Shown here piece by piece: positions 7,638 to 11,299 of a stretch of DNA of 11,299 bases. This DNA comes from Myxococcales bacterium. GTDB taxonomy: Bacteria; Myxococcota_A; UBA9042; JABWCM01; BTVJ01. Location of the stretch: contig BTVJ01000142.1 of NCBI GenBank assembly GCA_045863395.1, positions 1 to 11,299 on the forward strand. Direction: 5' to 3'. The notes under the pieces are model-generated. The model saw only the letters and a list, made by a program, of their open reading frames with translations, was not told the origin of the DNA and searched no databases. Both the position numbers and the translations under genes were made by a program. Each line of letters starts with the position of its first letter. Position 1 is the stretch's first letter.

Positions 7638-9050
7638 TCAGAACAGCGAGCCTTGGCCCGCCTCATCGTCTCGCTGGCGCCGCCGCACCGGGCGATCCGG
7701 CGGCGGCGTGGGGGGGCGCGGGTCCGGGCCCGTGGTCAGCACCCGCACGCCCGCAGAGCCGCGCGCCAGCGTCAGGTCCAGGGCGTCGCCCGGGGCGAGG
7801 GTCTCGAAGTCCCGCACCACCTCGTCGGTGCCGGTCCGGCGGATGATCGCATAGCCGCGGCGCAGGCTCTCCTCGGGGCCGAGCAGGTGCAGGCGCGTGG
7901 TCACGCGGTCGAGGCGGGTGCGTGCCTCAAGGGCCCGCGCTTCAAACGAGCGTTGAAGCCGGTGCGCCGCGCCGTCGAGGCGACGCCGATCGCTGCCCAG
8001 CCGCTGCCGCGGGTGCAGGGCCAGGAGCCGGCCCGCCGCCCCGTCCAGCCGCCCCCGCCGTCGCAGCAGGTCCATGCGGAGCGCCTGCTCGGCGCGCCCG
8101 GCCAGCTCGTCCACGCGCATCGCCCGCTGCTCGATGAGGCGCCGCGGGTCCGACACGCGCACCCGGGCCAGCTCCAGCTCCCGGCGTCCTTCGCGCAGCC
8201 TCCGCCCCACCGCGCGCCCCGCTCGGTCGCGCATGGCTCGCAGCGCCTCGGACAGATCGCTCCACCGGGGGACGACCATCTCGGCGGCGGCCGTGGGCGT
8301 CGGGGCGCGCACGTCCGCCACGAAGTCGCTGAGCAGGAAGTCCACCTCGTGGCCCACCGCGGAGACGACCGGAGTGCGCGCCGCGAAGATGGCCCGCACC
8401 ACGCGCTCGTCGTTGAAGGCCCACAGGTCCTCGAGGGAGCCACCGCCACGCCCCACGATGATCACGTCCACGTCTCCCACCGCGTCCAGGGCGCGCAGCC
8501 CCTCGACGATGGCGGGCGCCGCCGCCGCCCCCTGCACCGCCGCCGGCGCCAGCAGCACCGGCACCGGGTAGCGGTCGTGGAGCACCCGCAGCATGTCGCG
8601 CAGCGCCGCTCCCGACGCCGACGTCACGATGCCCACGCGCCGCGGCACGAAGGGGAGCGGCTTCTTGTGGCGCGCGTCGAAGAGGCCCTCGGCGCCCAGG
8701 CGGCGCTTGAGCTCATCGAGGGCCGCCAGCAGGTTGCCCTGGCCCGCGGGGCGCATGGCCTCGACGACGAGCTGGTACTTTCCTTGGGGCTCGTAGACCG
8801 TGACCCGCCCGAAGCACTCGACCCCCATGCCCTCGCCCGGCCGGAAGGTGAGCGTCGTCGCCCGGCCCCGGAACATGACGGCGCCGATCTGGCTGCGGTC
8901 GTCCTTCAGCGTGAAGTAGTAGTGCCCGTTGCTGTGCGCCTTGAACGTGAACAGCTCCCCGGCGACCCAGACACGGGCGAAGGTGCCTTCGAGGCACGCC
9001 TTGATGTCGCGGGTCAGCTCGGTGACGGTCTGGACCTGGTCTCCGCCCAT
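7638..9050 (-). CDS. xseA: Exodeoxyribonuclease VII large subunit, 470 aa
   Basis: OB-fold: VWVAGE...[10 protein letters not shown] and YEPQGKYQL. Other motifs: [70 protein letters not shown] and LRRGYA. Confidence 0.98.
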   Translation of the reverse strand: MGGDQVQTVTELTRDIKACLEGTFARVWVAGELFTFKAHSNGHYYFTLKDDRSQIGAVMFRGRATTLTFRPGEGMGVECFGRVTVYEPQGKYQLVVEAMRPAGQGNLLAALDELKRRLGAEGLFDARHKKPLPFVPRRVGIVTSASGAALRDMLRVLHDRYPVPVLLAPAAVQGAAAAPAIVEGLRALDAVGDVDVIIVGRGGGSLEDLWAFNDERVVRAIFAARTPVVSAVGHEVDFLLSDFVADVRAPTPTAAAEMVVPRWSDLSEALRAMRDRAGRAVGRRLREGRRELELARVRVSDPRRLIEQRAMRVDELAGRAEQALRMDLLRRRGRLDGAAGRLLALHPRQRLGSDRRRLDGAAHRLQRSFEARALEARTRLDRVTTRLHLLGPEESLRRGYAIIRRTGTDEVVRDFETLAPGDALDLTLARGSAGVRVLTTGPDPRPPTPPPDRPVRRRQRDDEAGQGSLF

Positions 9051-9075
9051 GGGACCTCTTCTCGGGTTGCGGGGC

Positions 9076-9084
9076 AGCGTAGCA
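9076..9084 (-). promoter_or_regulatory. Possible extended -10 element (TGcTACGCT) upstream of xseA
   Basis: TGnTAnnnT match about 25 nt upstream of the xseA ATG; no convincing -35. Confidence 0.4.
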
Positions 9085-9132
9085 GATCCACGGGTGCGTC
9101 GGAACCACCCGATGGCGGGCAGGGGTCGGGTC

Positions 9133-9141
9133 TGCTAGCAT
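9133..9141 (+). promoter_or_regulatory. Possible extended -10 element (TGcTAGCAT) upstream of the dehydrogenase-acetyltransferase gene
   Basis: TGnTAnnAT match 20 nt upstream of ATG 9162 and ahead of SD AGGAGG (9152-9157). Confidence 0.5.
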
Positions 9142-9161
9142 CCGCCGCCACAGGAGGCACC

Positions 9162-10697
9162 ATGGAAGGAATCGCGCTCGTGGGCTACGGCGTCTGGGGA
9201 CGGAACCTGGCTCGCAACTTCCACCTGCTCGGCGCGCTGCGCGCCGTGTGTGACGCGGACCCGGGGCGTCGCGCGGAGGCCGCCGCCGCGTTCCCCGGGC
9301 TGCCGGTGCTTCCTCGGCTGACCGACGTGCTCGCTCGCCCCGACGTGACGGCCATCGCGTGCGCGACCCCTGCCGAGACGCACGCGGACCTCGCGCGGGA
9401 GGCGCTGCTCGCGTCGCGCGACGCCTTCGTCGAGAAGCCCCTGGCCCTGACCGTGCGCGAGGGGCGCGACCTGGTGGAGCTGGCGGCCGAGCGGGGCCGC
9501 ATCCTCATGGTCGGCCACCTGATGGAGTACCACCCGGCCGTCGCGCGGCTGGCCGAGCTGGTGACCGCCGGGGAGCTCGGGGCCATCCGCTACATCTACT
9601 CGAACCGGCTCAACTGGGGGAAGGTCCGCCGGGAGGAGAACATCCTCTGGAGCTTTGCCCCCCACGACATCGCGGTCATCCTTCGGCTGCTGCGGGAGGC
9701 GCCCTCCGAGGTGGCGGCGCACGGTGGCAACTGGCTCCACCCGGACATCGCGGACGTGACGGTCACCAACCTGTCGTTCGCATCCGGCGTGAAGGCGCAC
9801 ATCTTCGTGAGCTGGCTCCACCCCTACAAGGAGCAGCGCCTGGTGGTGGTCGGCGACCGGCGGGTGGCCGCCTTCGACGACACGCTGCGAGAGGGCAAGC
9901 TGCGCCTCTACGAGCACACCATCGACTGGGTGGACCGGGTGCCCGTGGCGCGGAAGGCCGACGCCCAGGTGATCCCCATCGACGAGACCGAGCCGCTGCA
10001 GTTGGAGTGCGCCGCGTTTCTGGACGCCATTCGTACGCGCCGCCCCCCGCGCACCGACGGCGCGAGCGGAGTGCGGGTGCTGGAGGTCCTCGACCTCTGC
10101 CAGCGATCCCTGGAGGCGGGCGGCGCTGTGCAGCGCCCCGTCACGACCCACATCCACCCGACCGCGGTGATTGATGCTCCGTGCACCATCGGGCCGGGCA
10201 CCCGGGTGTGGCACTTCACCCACGTGATGCGCGACGCCCGCATCGGGCGGGACTGCGTCCTGGGGCAGAACGTCTTTGTCGGTCGGGGGGTGGTGGTCGG
10301 CGACCGGGTGAAGGTCCAGAACAACGTCTCCCTCTTCGAGGGCGTGGAGCTGGAGGACGAGGTCTTCTGCGGTCCGGCGGCGACCTTCACCAACGTTCGC
10401 AACCCGAGGGCAGGGGTCGAGCGCAAGGACGCCTTCGAGCGGACGCTGGTGCGCCGCGGCGCGACCCTCGGCGCCAACTGCACCATCCGCTGCGGGGTGA
10501 CCATCGGGGAGCACGCGCTCGTAGGGGCCGGAGCGGTCGTGACGCGGGACGTAAGAGCGCACGCGGTCATGCTCGGAAACCCGGCCCGCCAGGCGGGGTG
10601 GGCCTGCTCGTGCGGCGAGCGGGTGGATCCGGGCGTGCCGTGTGGCCGCTGCGGGTCCGCGTGGCGCGTCGAGGGTGGGGCGCTGGTCTCCGCCTGA
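9162..10697 (+). CDS. Gfo/Idh/MocA oxidoreductase fused to a left-handed beta-helix N-acetyltransferase (WbpB/WlbA-like + WbpD/WlbB-like; likely UDP-2,3-diacetamido-2,3-dideoxy-uronic acid pathway), 511 aa
   Basis: ATG 9162 follows AGGAGG. Dehydrogenase motifs: Rossmann [28 protein letters not shown] and FAPHDI. Acetyltransferase motifs: [67 protein letters not shown] and [14 protein letters not shown]. Confidence 0.92.
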   Translation: MEGIALVGYGVWGRNLARNFHLLGALRAVCDADPGRRAEAAAAFPGLPVLPRLTDVLARPDVTAIACATPAETHADLAREALLASRDAFVEKPLALTVREGRDLVELAAERGRILMVGHLMEYHPAVARLAELVTAGELGAIRYIYSNRLNWGKVRREENILWSFAPHDIAVILRLLREAPSEVAAHGGNWLHPDIADVTVTNLSFASGVKAHIFVSWLHPYKEQRLVVVGDRRVAAFDDTLREGKLRLYEHTIDWVDRVPVARKADAQVIPIDETEPLQLECAAFLDAIRTRRPPRTDGASGVRVLEVLDLCQRSLEAGGAVQRPVTTHIHPTAVIDAPCTIGPGTRVWHFTHVMRDARIGRDCVLGQNVFVGRGVVVGDRVKVQNNVSLFEGVELEDEVFCGPAATFTNVRNPRAGVERKDAFERTLVRRGATLGANCTIRCGVTIGEHALVGAGAVVTRDVRAHAVMLGNPARQAGWACSCGERVDPGVPCGRCGSAWRVEGGALVSA

Positions 10698-10739
10698 GTC
10701 CTGGCCCATGCCGGCGTGGTGGGGTCGGGGGGCGGCGCG

Positions 10740-10912
10740 TCACCCGCGCGATGAGCGAACCCGAACCCGGCCCGGTGTCGTCACGACCAGCGCGCCGGCT
10801 GCGCGTTCGGAAGCGAACCGTTGGACGCCCCGCTCGATGCCTTCCGCCTGCGCCCTCGCTGCAACGCCACACAGGCCGATCCCGGCGTGCGGCAGGCGGT
10901 GGACGCGCACCG
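10740..10912 (-). pseudogene. Possible C-terminal remnant of a DUF5615-type PIN-domain (VapC-like) gene
   Basis: The translation VRVHRLPHAGIGLCGVAARAQAEGIERGVQRFASERAAGALVVTTPGRVRVRSSRG* resembles the DUF5615 C-terminus as I recall it (PHxG-hydrophobic strand...GAL-hydrophobic...GRVRVR), with high GC3. No N-terminal half with the DEN or TxDxDF motifs is visible upstream in any frame. Confidence 0.4.
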
Positions 10913-11265
10913 GAAACAGCGCAAATCGGAGCACGCCGGAGGGGGATAGGCCGCCCCCCAGAGGAAGGCGGGGCGTGGAGGAGCGGTGGTGCCGGTATGG
11001 TGATGGCTCGGCGAGGGGCGTGTGGGCGCTGGCACGTGCGGTGAGGGGCATTCCGTTGCGGCTCGGATCGGGGCTTGTGCCTGTGGCGTTGCATGCGGGC
11101 TGACGCCCGACGTTGTGCTCGGGCGTTGATCGAGTGCTCCAGCGACTCCCGGGGCGCGCCGGTGCCGTTGCGGCAATCAGAGGCCTTCATGGGGGAGGAG
11201 CGCTGAGACGTTCGCGACTCCCGGGTGGCGCTGCGGAGATCTCTCACGAGGCGGCCGCAGGCACC

Positions 11266-11299
11266 ATGCGCGAGGTGGACCGCCTCGCCACCGCCGCGC
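11266..11299 (+). CDS. Probable start of a CDS running off the window (MREVDRLATAA...)
   Basis: The ATG sits in context AGGCACCATG, shared with the starts at 3262 and 9162. All eleven visible codons end in G/C. It is too short to assign. Confidence 0.35.
   Translation, partial: MREVDRLATAA

Noticed and set aside
9135..10709. 524-aa minus-strand ORF
   Set aside because: It is the antisense shadow of the dehydrogenase-acetyltransferase gene.
10930..11000. GAGGAAGGCGGGGC as the RNase P RNA signature
   Set aside because: It does not match GAGGAAAGUCC, and the 3' conserved P4 strand is not visible.
11029..11045. Sigma54 -24 box CTGGCACG
   Set aside because: The -12 position reads GTGA rather than TTGC, so the required GG-N10-GC is not met.
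11102..11127. Hairpin as a rho-independent terminator
   Set aside because: No U-tract on either strand, and it is about 400 bp from the nearest intact stop codon.
11142..11225. 12-bp direct repeat with 72-bp period as a CRISPR remnant
   Set aside because: There are only two short copies, no third unit and no cas genes.
11266..11299. MREVDRLA as the start of an NAD(P)H-hydrate epimerase (YjeF_N)
   Set aside because: Eleven residues are too few to support a family assignment.

Overview
This is a GC-rich window with Myxococcota/deltaproteobacterial-like gene content (inferred from gene types, not from a search). From left to right it holds: the 3' end of a gene with a 21-bp tandem repeat (ERDEAAR coiled-coil tail); a minus-strand pair made of an Amidohydro_2-type hydrolase and a 715-aa cNMP-binding + ThrRS-N-terminal-like + uridine kinase fusion; and a small secreted PsbP/DUF1795-like protein. 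Next comes a minus-strand unit behind a near-consensus sigma70 promoter, encoding an outer-membrane beta-barrel and a 45-Cys modular protein that seems to start at a CTG overlapping the barrel's stop codon. Then follow xseA, which ends in a clamp-binding-like QGSLF, and a downstream NtrC-type sigma54 activator with no kinase in the window. Divergent from xseA is a fusion of a Gfo/Idh/MocA dehydrogenase and a hexapeptide N-acetyltransferase (WbpB/WbpD-like). The last ~600 bp hold a possible DUF5615 PIN remnant, some repeats and hairpins, and a probable gene start at the edge. No rRNA, tRNA, CRISPR array or transposase was recognised. Most long ORFs in the track are GC-rich shadow frames.
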